A program made the position numbers and the translations under genes. DNA of 62,083 nucleotides, taken from contig DATDWO010000071.1 of assembly GCA_035289665.1 (NCBI GenBank), positions 1 to 62,083 on the forward strand, read 5' to 3'. The DNA is from Candidatus Nanoarchaeia archaeon. GTDB lineage: Archaea; Nanobdellota; Nanobdellia; Woesearchaeales; SM23-78. Under the pieces are notes generated by a model that was not told the origin of the DNA, searched no databases, and saw only the letters and a list, made by a program, of their open reading frames with translations. How positions within the stretch are numbered: the first letter of the stretch is position 1; every line of letters begins with the position of its first letter. Shown in pieces: positions 23,605 through 36,744 of this stretch.

Positions 23605-25338
23605 TTAAACAAATCTCTGTCGTCGATAAATCATCGTCCCCACAACCCCAATAAGAACCCCGATGACTAAGAAGAACAAGTAATCCGCTGGCAAATGATA
23701 CAGTTTAGGTTGGGGGAAGTACATGTCTAAATTGCTTAACTCCAAGGCGTATTGGGCGAAGGTGACGGCAGAAATAGGATTCTCGACCAACAAGCTTTCA
23801 GCGTATTCCACATAGCTGAACCCTAAGATCGGGAAGAGGCCTTTGCTTTGCTCTTTGGCAATGACTCGCTTGGCAGCAAGGATTTGGGCTTGGCCGAGTT
23901 GGCTCATCTGATCCAGGTCCACTCCACTGGCCGTGATGAAGACATCCGCCTCAGCTTTGACTCGGGCTGCTGTGAACAGGCAAAGCGCGTAGCTTTTTTG
24001 TTCGCGTTGTTCGTAGGCTTGGCCAAGTTGTTCTTTGGTTCTGCTCAAGTATCCAGGCGCGTAAATCTCCACATAGCTAAGGCGTTCTTCGGCTTCGCTG
24101 ATTTTTTTCTGGCAGCCTTCTTTCAAGTGGTCTTGGTCTAAGAGAAGAACATTGCCAGGCAATCCGAAAAATTGGCTCCAAACTTTAGCACTGTGGTATC
24201 GCTCGAGGGAATAGGCAAGTAAGTTGACAGACACATTGCTGGTGTTGATGGCTTCAAGGGCGTCTAGGGTTTCACGGATCCTTTCCTTAACCACCATGTA
24301 GGTTTCTAGATCGCTGAGGGTTTGCAGGCTTTTGTTCTCCACCATTTGATCCAGTTTCTTAACCACTTGGTTGAGTTCAAGGAGTTTTTCATGGCGTTTG
24401 GAGTTAGTTTGGTTCTCCAAAACACTAGCTAGAAGTCGGATATTTTGGGAGAAGCAGTAACTGGCTGTAGCGTAATACTTAGCGGAACGGTACGTCGTAG
24501 CAGCCCGTGTAGTGAAATTATTCTCATCTGTATAATTAAGTTGTTTCTTATCCGCAAGTCTCTGGAGGCTGTTGGTGCGGTTACAAAGTTCATCCGCAAT
24601 TTGCCGCATCACTTGCTCGTATTGAGTATTGCTCTGGACATGAGAAGGTTGAGTAAAGTTTTGGCCAGTGAATTCATATAAGGCATCATCCAGGTTGCCA
24701 ATCTTAACAACTTGTATAGTGAGGTTGGCTAAAAGGTCGGTTTGATTGGTTTGATTTAGGAAAGGGAGAGTCCGGTTGATTCGAGTGGAATTCGTGTAAT
24801 TGCTTAGGTTAACGGGCAAGGAAAGGACAAAAACAGAAGGTGCCCATTTAGGGACGAGAATCTTAGTATAACCTTTTTCTTGGGCAGCCTGTGCTTTTTC
24901 AAGCACTCCTGAAACAGGACCAATCAACCCTCCTGTATCAATAGTACCGGTTAAGACCGTTTCATTATTCAATGGAAGGTCTTTAAGGACTGAAATGGTT
25001 AGAACAGCAATCGCGGCTCCAGCGCTAGGCCCGCCCACAATGGGGCTGCTGGCTTCAATCTTGTAAAAAAAGTCGTAGATGGAGCAATCCATCTCAATGT
25101 AAGAGCAAGCAACTTGGTTCGCAAGTCGAGTGGAAATCTGAGTGTCTACTTTAGTTAATGGGAACGAGTCAATGAAAATGCGTCCGCTTCCAGAGCGCAC
25201 ATCTAAGTACAGGTCGGCAGTTCCGCCCGTAATGGTTTGGTCGCCTTGCTGCACCACGGTCAATAAAACCATATGCCCAGATTTAGCCATAGCCAAAGGC
25301 GATAAAAGCAAGAACAGCAACCACCAAAGCCTTCTCAT
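23605..25338 (-). CDS. secreted/membrane-anchored S16 (Lon C-terminal domain-like) serine peptidase
   Basis: Signal peptide MRRLWWLLFLLLSPLAMA. GGPSAGAAIAVLTISVL matches the Lon protease Ser motif. C-terminal TM. Confidence 0.6.
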   Translation of the reverse strand: MRRLWWLLFLLLSPLAMAKSGHMVLLTVVQQGDQTITGGTADLYLDVRSGSGRIFIDSFPLTKVDTQISTRLANQVACSYIEMDCSIYDFFYKIEASSPIVGGPSAGAAIAVLTISVLKDLPLNNETVLTGTIDTGGLIGPVSGVLEKAQAAQEKGYTKILVPKWAPSVFVLSLPVNLSNYTNSTRINRTLPFLNQTNQTDLLANLTIQVVKIGNLDDALYEFTGQNFTQPSHVQSNTQYEQVMRQIADELCNRTNSLQRLADKKQLNYTDENNFTTRAATTYRSAKYYATASYCFSQNIRLLASVLENQTNSKRHEKLLELNQVVKKLDQMVENKSLQTLSDLETYMVVKERIRETLDALEAINTSNVSVNLLAYSLERYHSAKVWSQFFGLPGNVLLLDQDHLKEGCQKKISEAEERLSYVEIYAPGYLSRTKEQLGQAYEQREQKSYALCLFTAARVKAEADVFITASGVDLDQMSQLGQAQILAAKRVIAKEQSKGLFPILGFSYVEYAESLLVENPISAVTFAQYALELSNLDMYFPQPKLYHLPADYLFFLVIGVLIGVVGTMIYRRQRFV

Positions 25339-25361
25339 ATCGACGAGAAACCCTGAGAGGT

Positions 25362-26633
25362 TTATATAGTTACGTCAGCAGGGCGGTAGTAAACCAGACG
25401 ATGCCCATTTTTAGGTATCGCCATTTTAACAACATCTCCAGTCTGGATAAGCCGATCAAGGCGTTGAGAATTGGTATGAGGCAATCCTTGAATGGCATAG
25501 ATAACTTGAGTTCTTGGGAGACCTTGATGCCCATTCATATGGATTCGTAAGTAATTCAACATTTGGTTTCTCCATTTGTCAAATGGAAGCGGATCGTGTT
25601 GGCAAGTGTATTGTTCTGAAATCTCAAGAGCCACTCTGAGTCGAGTTGGTAACTTAAGGCGCTCAGAATGCATATTGCCCCTTACATCATAACGTACTTC
25701 GGGTTCTGTTAGGAATCGATGAATAGCATGGGCATAGGAAAGCATAAAGTCGGATTTAGGTCCTGTCCAACTGGCAATGCGATCAGATAAAGTAACGTAT
25801 CCTTGTCTTTGAAGTTGTCTTAAGTGGGCTTCTACACTTTCTCGTTGGATTCCCAAATAAGAAGCAAGCGCAGCAATCCGAACTCCAGGTGGGCCTTTTT
25901 TCTCTGCTTCTCTTATCAATTGTTCCATTCGCTCTCTATCATCAGTTGGTTTTCGATTAAAGGCTTGTTCAAGTCGTCTTAATAAACGGAAACGGTTGTA
26001 AACTCCACTGTGCCCGCTGGAGTCGTTGGCAAATCCAAATTGACGAACGGATTGATTAAAGCCAACAACTTGGCGCAGAGCATGGTAATGAAGAGGTTGT
26101 CCGATTTCTTTTCCATCTTTCGTTAAGGTAACATACAACTGGTTAAGTCCGAGTCCTTTGCCTAGACGAATTTTAGCGACAAATCCAGATTCATAGAGAA
26201 CATGTTCATAGTAAGAGACCATAGTAGGCCCCCTAGGGACAGGGGCATCAGAGCCAACCAATTCGATAAGTTTTGCCCGTAATTCATGAGGGGTCTTCCA
26301 ACCTTCATCAAGAAGAAGCATAGCCACAATGCGCCTCTCCATACTCGTCGTCTTAAGAGCGGTTTCAAAACGTTCTTGAGATTTAGTCGGGAAGGAATTT
26401 TCTTCTCTTTTGACAACAAGAGGTTCCAATTGACTTTCAGTCAAGGTTTCTCGATTTCTGGCTTCGGCAAGGACATGAACTAAAGTCCGATGCCCAATCC
26501 GATGAGTCTGGCAAAGACCATCTAAAGAACCTGTGGGTATAGAAAAAACACCATCACTTTCAGAACTTTCCCGTTGTAGGTTTTTCTTATATTCGGAAGC
26601 TACCCGATCAACTAAATCTATAGGAAGGCTCAT
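25362..26633 (-). CDS. hypothetical protein with several winged-helix-like modules
   Basis: Segments such as RRIVAMLLLDEGWKTPHELRAKL and IAALASYLGIQRESVEAHLRQLQRQGYVTLSD. Arg/Gly/His-rich composition is atypical for this window. Confidence 0.5.
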   Translation of the reverse strand: MSLPIDLVDRVASEYKKNLQRESSESDGVFSIPTGSLDGLCQTHRIGHRTLVHVLAEARNRETLTESQLEPLVVKREENSFPTKSQERFETALKTTSMERRIVAMLLLDEGWKTPHELRAKLIELVGSDAPVPRGPTMVSYYEHVLYESGFVAKIRLGKGLGLNQLYVTLTKDGKEIGQPLHYHALRQVVGFNQSVRQFGFANDSSGHSGVYNRFRLLRRLEQAFNRKPTDDRERMEQLIREAEKKGPPGVRIAALASYLGIQRESVEAHLRQLQRQGYVTLSDRIASWTGPKSDFMLSYAHAIHRFLTEPEVRYDVRGNMHSERLKLPTRLRVALEISEQYTCQHDPLPFDKWRNQMLNYLRIHMNGHQGLPRTQVIYAIQGLPHTNSQRLDRLIQTGDVVKMAIPKNGHRLVYYRPADVTI

Positions 26634-26680
26634 TTCAATCTAAAAAAGGCATTTGCAGAGGCATTTATAACCCTTTCCCT

Positions 26681-27283
26681 TCAACTCCCTTTATTCTTAT
26701 ACCGTCCTCTTTTTTCAACGGCTTTGAGGCGTTCCAGGACTTCTTCGGCGTGTTGGCTGGTTCGATAGCCTTTAAGAAAGTCTCGATAGGCCTTGGTTTC
26801 CACGCGAAAGTGCTTGCTTTCCAGGGCCTCTTTAAACAGGTGAATGTCCACGGCTTTGTCTTCAATTTTGTCGCTGTAAAAGCTCAGTCCAAAATCAATG
26901 AAAGCGAGTTCATTTTTCAGTGTCAGGATCATGTTGCTTGTGGTCAAATCACCATGGATCATGTTTTTATCGTGAAGTTTTGCGAGGGATTCGCCGATTT
27001 TCTCAGCCAATTCAGGTTGCTCGTCAAGGACGTTCGCTACTTTTTCTCCAGGGAGGTAGTCCATGGTTATGGTATCCGCATCGGCCTTGTGTAGCTTGGG
27101 GCCTAAAATAGGCAAGTCATGAATGAACTTGGCTTCTCGTTTGGTTCGTTGTTTAATCAACTCCACATCCAGTTCAGGGTGGCGATAGCCTTTACTCACT
27201 CGTTTCTTAACAACGCTTTCTTTATCCTGATAGATCACTGCTTCAGCGCCACGCGCAATTTCTTTCATGCAATACAGAATCAA
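26681..27283 (-). CDS. bud32: Bud32/PRPK-type small atypical kinase (KEOPS subunit)
   Basis: ARGAEAVIY, HGDLTTSNMIL and IDFGLS motifs at ~200 aa. The true start may be the internal MKEIARG. Confidence 0.75.
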   Translation of the reverse strand: MILYCMKEIARGAEAVIYQDKESVVKKRVSKGYRHPELDVELIKQRTKREAKFIHDLPILGPKLHKADADTITMDYLPGEKVANVLDEQPELAEKIGESLAKLHDKNMIHGDLTTSNMILTLKNELAFIDFGLSFYSDKIEDKAVDIHLFKEALESKHFRVETKAYRDFLKGYRTSQHAEEVLERLKAVEKRGRYKNKGS

Positions 27284-27330
27284 GCTGCTTCTTTTAAACG
27301 TTGCCGTAAGGAAAATAAAAATTCCAACAT

Positions 27331-27741
27331 TTACAGAACCGGGCAGCGGTAGAAATGAGCTTCTATTTTTTTCATGAGTTCTTCGATTTGGCTGTTTTTC
27401 TTTAGGGCGGCATGAATGTAGACTGTTGTCTGGATGCCTTTTTCAGAGCGAAAAGAGCTGACGACTTCTCGGTAAGCCGTGATGATAGCAGCTACTTTTT
27501 CTTTGAGTTCAGGAACTTTGGAGAGATCAGAGAGGGCTTCCTGGGCGAAGAGGACGGCATCGCCTGCTTTGGCATAGACTTCTTTGGCAGCCGCAATATG
27601 AGTATAGTAGTTTTCGGCAGGAGTGACTGTGAGGGGGGGTGCATCAGGTCCTCCGAGTTGTTCGAGTTCTTTGAGATAAAGCTGTGCAATCTTGGTCCAA
27701 ATTCGACTTTTGCGATTCCTCCACCAAGTTCCGAGTCCCAT
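27331..27741 (-). CDS. hypothetical protein
   Basis: 136-aa helical ORF with no motif. Confidence 0.4.
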   Translation of the reverse strand: MGLGTWWRNRKSRIWTKIAQLYLKELEQLGGPDAPPLTVTPAENYYTHIAAAKEVYAKAGDAVLFAQEALSDLSKVPELKEKVAAIITAYREVVSSFRSEKGIQTTVYIHAALKKNSQIEELMKKIEAHFYRCPVL

Positions 27742-28131
27742 AGTGTTTCTTAAAGAGTAGGGTTTAAATAATTTTAGGGTTTTTATAGGCCTAAGAATTC
27801 TTCCATGTCTTGTTTGGAGAGTTTCTTCTGATTGAGGCTGACTTTCTTTTTGCTTTCGCCTCGTATCTCTTCCACAAGAGCGACTTCGTCTTCGCTGATT
27901 TCAATGTCTTCCATTTTAATTTAAGGTACTTCGACTAGGATCATCTGAGCCTTTTTTTTCATCTCAGGGGTGATTTCTTCGTCAATGGTTTGTTCAAGTA
28001 CCATGGTTTCCTCCATTATATACTACTAAAGAGTAGTATTATTTATTTAAAAAGCTTTCGCTTTTTTGAGCTCAACCGCAAAAGCATGGAAAGATACCAC
28101 CTAAAAGTGGCTAAAAGAGTAAGATTTATAA

Positions 28132-29691
28132 ATGGAAAGGGATTTTACGGAAAGTATGGTTGAAGATTCAGGAGTCGTACTCGAGGGATTTGAAGAGCAC
28201 GCAGCTGCGCACGCTGAAGAAAAAGGAAGATTAAATGCTGCAGCAATGGCGCACTTTGAAGGACCTTACATAGCTGTAGACGACCGATTAGATGCTATGG
28301 AAGATAGACCTGCACAGCTTCTCACCCATGAAAGCGTAGCAAGAGAAGGATCTGCTTGCGTGGGCCTTCTGGGTAGACAGTTAAAGACAGATGCTTGGGG
28401 ATTAAGATTTGACGATCCTAATATTGATGGAGTAGAAATCGATGCAACCACAGACGATAAGGGTCTCTTAACAGAGGAAGTAAGGCCTACATTAGATGCA
28501 GTTTTAAAAACAATAATGAAAGGTGAACGGAATTCAATCGCAAGAACACAAATCGATCCAGAAACACATATAGGAATCATGGCCCACAATCTTCTTATGA
28601 ATACTGCCGAAGGAGCTAAGTCTTACGGAACGGTTTGGATGATTAGAAGTGCTCGAACAAGAGATGGAGTAGCGTATAGCGCCGCAGAAATAAAAGCAGC
28701 TGGTTTACTCTATCGAAGATTAGATAGTGGTTTAAAATCTTTAATAGGAACATTAAATCGCATGGGAAGATTGGATAAAACACAAACCTCCACTCCAAGA
28801 GAACGACCTCAATTTATGGATCCTCGAGTATTAAGCAGCATCAATCTTTTAGCCGATATGTATTCCAAAACATTAGCAGGAAACACAAAAGCACTAGCAA
28901 GAGAAAAAACCTTAACAGGGGAAGAAACATACAAACCACTCGTAGCACGCCTATTCGGTGTAGAGTTTGCTTTGAGTCATGCCGAACTTGCTGAATTAAT
29001 CAACACACAATCTCAAAATACCATCAAAGTAGGAGAAGTCTTAGCAAAAGGCCTACCCTCAAAAGATATCATGCAAATAGCCGATCCAAATTGGATGGGT
29101 TCCCGATCTACTGAAACCGAACCCGGTGCGAGTGTAATACACGATGCATTAACCGCATATTTAGCAAAAGGCCTAGCTTATGCACAGGCATTGCTGCACG
29201 CAGGAAAGTTGTACCCCGGAGCATTAGCCGATACTAAATTCCACCCCCAATTAAAGGGACGTCTAAGTGTGGAAGTATTAAATTCAATAGCGGGAAGAGA
29301 ACTATTAGGTCATAAAGAAGTAGATCAACCCGCCGTATGTAAACTATTCACAGATGCCAATGATGAAGGAAGCATCCAAACAGATGACCCCTGCATTGCA
29401 TCACAAATGGCCGCTACAAATTTATACGAAGCCGTTCTTTTATCTACCACGGCAGGTTACCTCTTAACACACCCCAATGGGAACCGAGCAAACCAGCAAG
29501 TAGCATTGGATGGACTCTTAGGAAAGATGACCCAGAGAAAGGGATATTTACCCTTTGTCGCTTTGTTGGGAAGCATTCATAAAATCGCTCGAACGCCTAT
29601 TTTTCCAGGGTTAAACACTGAGACCTACGATGCCCTAAGTGCTTTAGATGCTAAAAGGAAAGAAACAGTCTACAAAAAGAATAGAATATAA
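28132..29691 (+). CDS. hypothetical 519-aa protein (Ala/Gly/Thr/Arg-rich, atypical codon usage)
   Basis: Long uninterrupted ORF. Frequent tta/aga/gga/gca codons contrast with neighbouring genes. No motif recognised. Confidence 0.55.
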   Translation: MERDFTESMVEDSGVVLEGFEEHAAAHAEEKGRLNAAAMAHFEGPYIAVDDRLDAMEDRPAQLLTHESVAREGSACVGLLGRQLKTDAWGLRFDDPNIDGVEIDATTDDKGLLTEEVRPTLDAVLKTIMKGERNSIARTQIDPETHIGIMAHNLLMNTAEGAKSYGTVWMIRSARTRDGVAYSAAEIKAAGLLYRRLDSGLKSLIGTLNRMGRLDKTQTSTPRERPQFMDPRVLSSINLLADMYSKTLAGNTKALAREKTLTGEETYKPLVARLFGVEFALSHAELAELINTQSQNTIKVGEVLAKGLPSKDIMQIADPNWMGSRSTETEPGASVIHDALTAYLAKGLAYAQALLHAGKLYPGALADTKFHPQLKGRLSVEVLNSIAGRELLGHKEVDQPAVCKLFTDANDEGSIQTDDPCIASQMAATNLYEAVLLSTTAGYLLTHPNGNRANQQVALDGLLGKMTQRKGYLPFVALLGSIHKIARTPIFPGLNTETYDALSALDAKRKETVYKKNRI

Positions 29692-29700
29692 TTTAATTTC

Positions 29701-31119
29701 TTATTTTACTCGTCTTCCATAACCCAGTTCTTCTGAGCGCAAGTGATAGGCATCACAACAAGCCTTGATCGTCTCCTCCAAAGATCCTCGCTCTTTAGGA
29801 TTGAACTGCAATGTCCGAGCAAGAATCGGCTGCAATCGAGAAGGCATTCCAGTCCAATTAATGTCTCCTCGAACCCATTTAGTGAATGTTCTATTGCGAA
29901 GGCCTTCATAGAGTTCATTGATGAATTCTCTTTCAACTCGATCGGCAAATGTTTGGTAAGCAAGATCTCCCTGACGATCAGGTCTCATAGTGCTTAATAG
30001 TCGTAAGTACTCTGGGTCTTGAGTAAAAGAGGTGGCGATAAGGGCCAAGGCGTAAGTTTTGGACTCTTGAATGTCTTCGTCTGTGTAGCCATAAGGGAGA
30101 GAGATTTCTCCAGGCTGAGCGCAGGTTTTCGCAAGGGCATAACCCACCGATCCCACAGAGGGTAAATCACTAAAGGTTCCTAGGTGAAGTTTAGAAACTT
30201 TTTGGCCTAAATCTCTTACACCCTGATCGCCTGGATGTCGTCTTACATTGTCAATTAAAAGTCTTCCATTTCGAGCCAAGAAAAGGCCTTCTGGGGGCAT
30301 GTAAGGTACGGATCCACGAAGTCCTTCTCTGAATCGAGGGGTAACTGGTGAAAGGAGCTCCACAATGTCCAGATCTCCTAAGACAAAATAGTTAAAATAT
30401 CCGCCATCCTTTACGCCAAATAAATTATCTAATTTTACATCGTTATGAACATATCCTCTTGTTTTTTTGGCAAGATTTGTGCCTGCTCTTTGTAGTACAA
30501 AGAGTCCTTCACAAATGTCGATAATGGCCCGAGCAACGGTTTCTTCATCAAAGCGAGCGCCATTAAGAACTGCAGATTTTAAATCAGGCGACGTTTGGGG
30601 GTCCATGCATTCAAGTAAGAATTCATAGCTTGGGGCTCTTCCTTCACCAGGACCTTGGAGGTGAGAATCATAACAAGTGAGTATCTTCGGGTGCGCTCGA
30701 GTAACAGCCATGAGTAAGTTTTGTAGTCTTGCATGTGGCTCGTGCCAGGGAAGTTTATATTTTTTATAAAAATACCTTTTTCCATCCGAAGATTCTACCA
30801 AGCAGATCTCTGTATCTGGATCACGTTTTCTAACATCTGATACCGTATAAGGTTTCCCTTTGAATATGATTTGATTAGAAGAAGTAGCTGGTGTTTCTTC
30901 CACCGTAACCAAACTAGCAACATCTCGAGTCACACAGTTTTTATCTTCTCCTTCTTGAAACACAGTGGGACCGGCTCGAGTTCGTTCAATCATAAGAGCA
31001 AATCGTTCAGCCTCAGCAGGGGACAAATGAAATTGAGTCCTAAATTCATCTACTTGAGCAGCAACACGTGTAGCAAAAAAATCTTGTGCAGGATTTGGAG
31101 GTGCCATAAAAGAAAGCAA
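29701..31119 (-). CDS. eukaryotic-like Ser/Thr protein kinase domain protein
   Basis: YVHNDVKLDN is a HxDxKxxN catalytic loop. LGDLD is DFG-like, VPYMPPE is APE-like, and LQFNPKERGSLEE resembles subdomain XI. Confidence 0.7.
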   Translation of the reverse strand: MLSFMAPPNPAQDFFATRVAAQVDEFRTQFHLSPAEAERFALMIERTRAGPTVFQEGEDKNCVTRDVASLVTVEETPATSSNQIIFKGKPYTVSDVRKRDPDTEICLVESSDGKRYFYKKYKLPWHEPHARLQNLLMAVTRAHPKILTCYDSHLQGPGEGRAPSYEFLLECMDPQTSPDLKSAVLNGARFDEETVARAIIDICEGLFVLQRAGTNLAKKTRGYVHNDVKLDNLFGVKDGGYFNYFVLGDLDIVELLSPVTPRFREGLRGSVPYMPPEGLFLARNGRLLIDNVRRHPGDQGVRDLGQKVSKLHLGTFSDLPSVGSVGYALAKTCAQPGEISLPYGYTDEDIQESKTYALALIATSFTQDPEYLRLLSTMRPDRQGDLAYQTFADRVEREFINELYEGLRNRTFTKWVRGDINWTGMPSRLQPILARTLQFNPKERGSLEETIKACCDAYHLRSEELGYGRRVK

Positions 31120-31230
31120 AGGAAAATCTATTTATAAACCTTACTATTTTTAACCACTAATAAGTAACTAATGAAAACCATACAACCCACCAAATCCCCC
31201 ATTTTCTCGTCGACAACTCCGTCGACGGTA

Positions 31231-31320
31231 TGTCAAGAATCGCCAAATAAATATCATAGCGATTCTTGAGCATGTTCAGAACTCCACTCAATTTCAATCC
31301 TAAAAAGTGGAGTTATGACA
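31231..31320. mobile_element. two-hairpin miniature element, copy B (upstream of gyrB)
   Basis: Same architecture as copy A, TG-[tcaagaatcgc...gcgattcttga]-gcatgt-[tcagaactccac...gtggagttatga]-CA. Stem changes are compensatory relative to copy A. Confidence 0.6.
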
Positions 31321-31335
31321 TCACAAGTTATATAA

Positions 31336-34674
<3,339 letters not shown>

Positions 34675-34721
34675 GTATCTTCCCTATTGAGTTTATAAAC
34701 ACAATATTTGTTCTAAATGGG

Positions 34722-35285
34722 ATGTCTACCATTCGAGAAACTACAGCTGATTTTTTATTGATGCTTAAAGCAGAAATGACAAAGTGGCCCACAATGCAAG
34801 GAATCCTCTTATTTGGGAGTTATGTAAGAGGGGGCCAATTTAACGATGTTGACATCGTCACAGTTCTAGCAGGGAATATGGAATTAGAAAGGCTAAAAAC
34901 AGCGTCTGAATCAGATCGTAGACAGTTTGAAGACTTTCTTATCCAAGGAGAAACTCAATTTAGAATACCTCCGTTTCAAAATCAGGGATATTTTGGAGTC
35001 CGAATAAGCACTCCCAGGATTCCAAACGACGAATTGGCTCAATTAGAGCGCAGTGTACAAGGATTTTACGATTTCTATTTACGGTTTAACCGTTTGGAGG
35101 GATCAACGCGCATCGAATATGGAATAGATAAGCCTCCAGCAGATTTTCGGTTTTCCCCGATGGATCTTATATGGAAAGAAGAAAAAGTTGGGGATACGGT
35201 AGTAAAAGAGGGTTGTGTTGGGCTTCTTGAAAGGCTAAATAAAGAGCTTGAACCAGAGATAAAAGCATACGCAGTAACCGTTTAG
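34722..35285 (+). CDS. solitary nucleotidyltransferase domain protein
   Basis: ILLFGSYVRGGQFNDVDIVTVL motif. Confidence 0.6.
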   Translation: MSTIRETTADFLLMLKAEMTKWPTMQGILLFGSYVRGGQFNDVDIVTVLAGNMELERLKTASESDRRQFEDFLIQGETQFRIPPFQNQGYFGVRISTPRIPNDELAQLERSVQGFYDFYLRFNRLEGSTRIEYGIDKPPADFRFSPMDLIWKEEKVGDTVVKEGCVGLLERLNKELEPEIKAYAVTV

Positions 35286-35303
35286 AAAATACAAAGTAAA
35301 TTT

Positions 35304-35480
35304 TTATCTTCGTCCAAAGAAGAAATAAATCAGCACACCTACGACAGGGAATATGAGGCAGATAATAATCCATAAGACCTTGCCTCCCAAGCTTCGATGA
35401 GAAGTTAGAGTATTAAACAAGGCCCAAATAAAGAGGATCAGCCAGAGGATACCAATGATGGTCTGAAGCGTACGCTTCTC
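35304..35480 (-). CDS. possible PLDc_N-type small membrane protein (start codon unclear)
   Basis: Open frame TLQTIIGILWLILFIWALFNTLTSHRSLGGKVLWIIICLIFPVVGVLIYFFFGRR-stop resembles the two-TM PLD N-terminal domain. There is no in-frame ATG, so it could use a non-ATG start or be decayed. Confidence 0.3.
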   Translation of the reverse strand, partial: EKRTLQTIIGILWLILFIWALFNTLTSHRSLGGKVLWIIICLIFPVVGVLIYFFFGRR

Positions 35481-35572
35481 TTAATTCAGAGGTTTATATA
35501 GTTTTGTTTGTGAGAATCCCTCGAGTAGGATCAATCGCTACCTTTATAAACCCCTTACTTCTCCTCGTCTAT

Positions 35573-36322
35573 ATGGCTGAAAAAGCGGCAACGAAGATCA
35601 TCCGCAAGCGTTGGGTACCTATCTTAGCTCCCAAGTTATTCCATGAGCGCGTAATTGGCGAATCCTACGTAGCCGATCCAGAGCAGTTAAGGGGCCGCTC
35701 AGTATTTGTGAACATGATGGTACTTACCGGCGACCCAAAGAAACAGCAAGTTCAGGTTCAATTCTCGATCAGTGATGTAAAAGAAGGAAAGGGTCATGCT
35801 TCGTTTAAGGGGTATGCGTATTCACCCAATGCCATCAAACGCCTGGTCCGTAGAGGACGAGAAAAGGTGGATGACTCATTCTTATGCAAGACACAAGATA
35901 GTGTTGTCCTGCGCGTAAAGCCCATCATCGTCACGAGTGCCAGAGCACACCGCTCCCTACAAGGCCTCTTACGCAGAAATTTCCGTAAGAAATTCAAAGA
36001 AATTGTACAGAAAGAGACCTTCGAGCAAGTGATGCGTGAAATCTTGGAAAACAAGATTCAAAGCGCCATCAAGGGCTTGCTGCATAAATTCTTCCCCATT
36101 CGCATTGTGGACATTCGCACATTAAAAATCGAGCCCATCGAGTACACGGAAAAGGAAAACCTCACGATGGAGCTTCCCAAAAAAAGCGAAGAGCTTCTGG
36201 ACGAAGAGCAAGTCGAAGGAGAGTCTCAAGAAGTAGAAGAAGGCATTGAAACTGAAATGGAAGAAGCAGTTGAAGAGTCTCCTAAAAAAAAGTCTACGAA
36301 GAGTAAGAAGTCTTCTGAATAA
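35573..36322 (+). CDS. rps3ae: 30S ribosomal protein S3Ae (eS1)
   Basis: RKRWVPILAPKLF... with an acidic/Lys-rich tail. Start moved to ATG 35573, downstream of cctttataaa. Confidence 0.85.
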   Translation: MAEKAATKIIRKRWVPILAPKLFHERVIGESYVADPEQLRGRSVFVNMMVLTGDPKKQQVQVQFSISDVKEGKGHASFKGYAYSPNAIKRLVRRGREKVDDSFLCKTQDSVVLRVKPIIVTSARAHRSLQGLLRRNFRKKFKEIVQKETFEQVMREILENKIQSAIKGLLHKFFPIRIVDIRTLKIEPIEYTEKENLTMELPKKSEELLDEEQVEGESQEVEEGIETEMEEAVEESPKKKSTKSKKSSE

Positions 36323-36324
36323 CC

Positions 36325-36585
36325 ATGTTTAAACTCGAACTGGATAAGGCCATTGCCGGGATTAAGAAGAATAAATCTAAGAGAGTTCTACTGCAGCTTC
36401 CAGATGGCTTACGACCCAAAGCAAAGGAAATTCAAGAGTATCTTCAAAAACACACTAAAGCCCTCATATTGATCTGGTCAGGCTCTTGCTATGGTGCTTG
36501 TGACTTGCCAGTTGAATCCAAGAACATCGGTGTAGACATGATCATCCACTGGGGCCATGCACCGTGGAAGTATAGCAAGGATTAA
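36325..36585 (+). pseudogene. dph2: N-terminal fragment of diphthamide synthase Dph2
   Basis: 86 aa (RVLLQLPDGLRPKAKEIQEYL...GSCYGACDL...DMIIHWGHA) match only the first quarter of a ~330-aa Dph2. The frame stops right after HWGHAPW. Confidence 0.6.
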
Positions 36586-36744
36586 GATTATTTTTTATTT
36601 TGCTACATGCGAGCAGCAAGATTGCTCTGCATATACGAAGGATTGATGGAATTTCCGTTTTCTATGTCATATTTTCGCTTTCTCCGAAAGTTTTACGGAT
36701 TTTTATGAATCACACATTTATAGACTTCCGAAAAAAGGATTGAC

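Noticed and set aside
27783-28015. Small minus-strand ORFs between 27741 and 28132, read initially as antitoxin-like peptides.
   Set aside because: Careful retranslation gives a 39-aa basic peptide (MEDIESAKTKSLLWKRYEAKAKRKSASIRRNSPNKTWKNS) and a ~31-aa acidic peptide without motifs. This is too weak to call.
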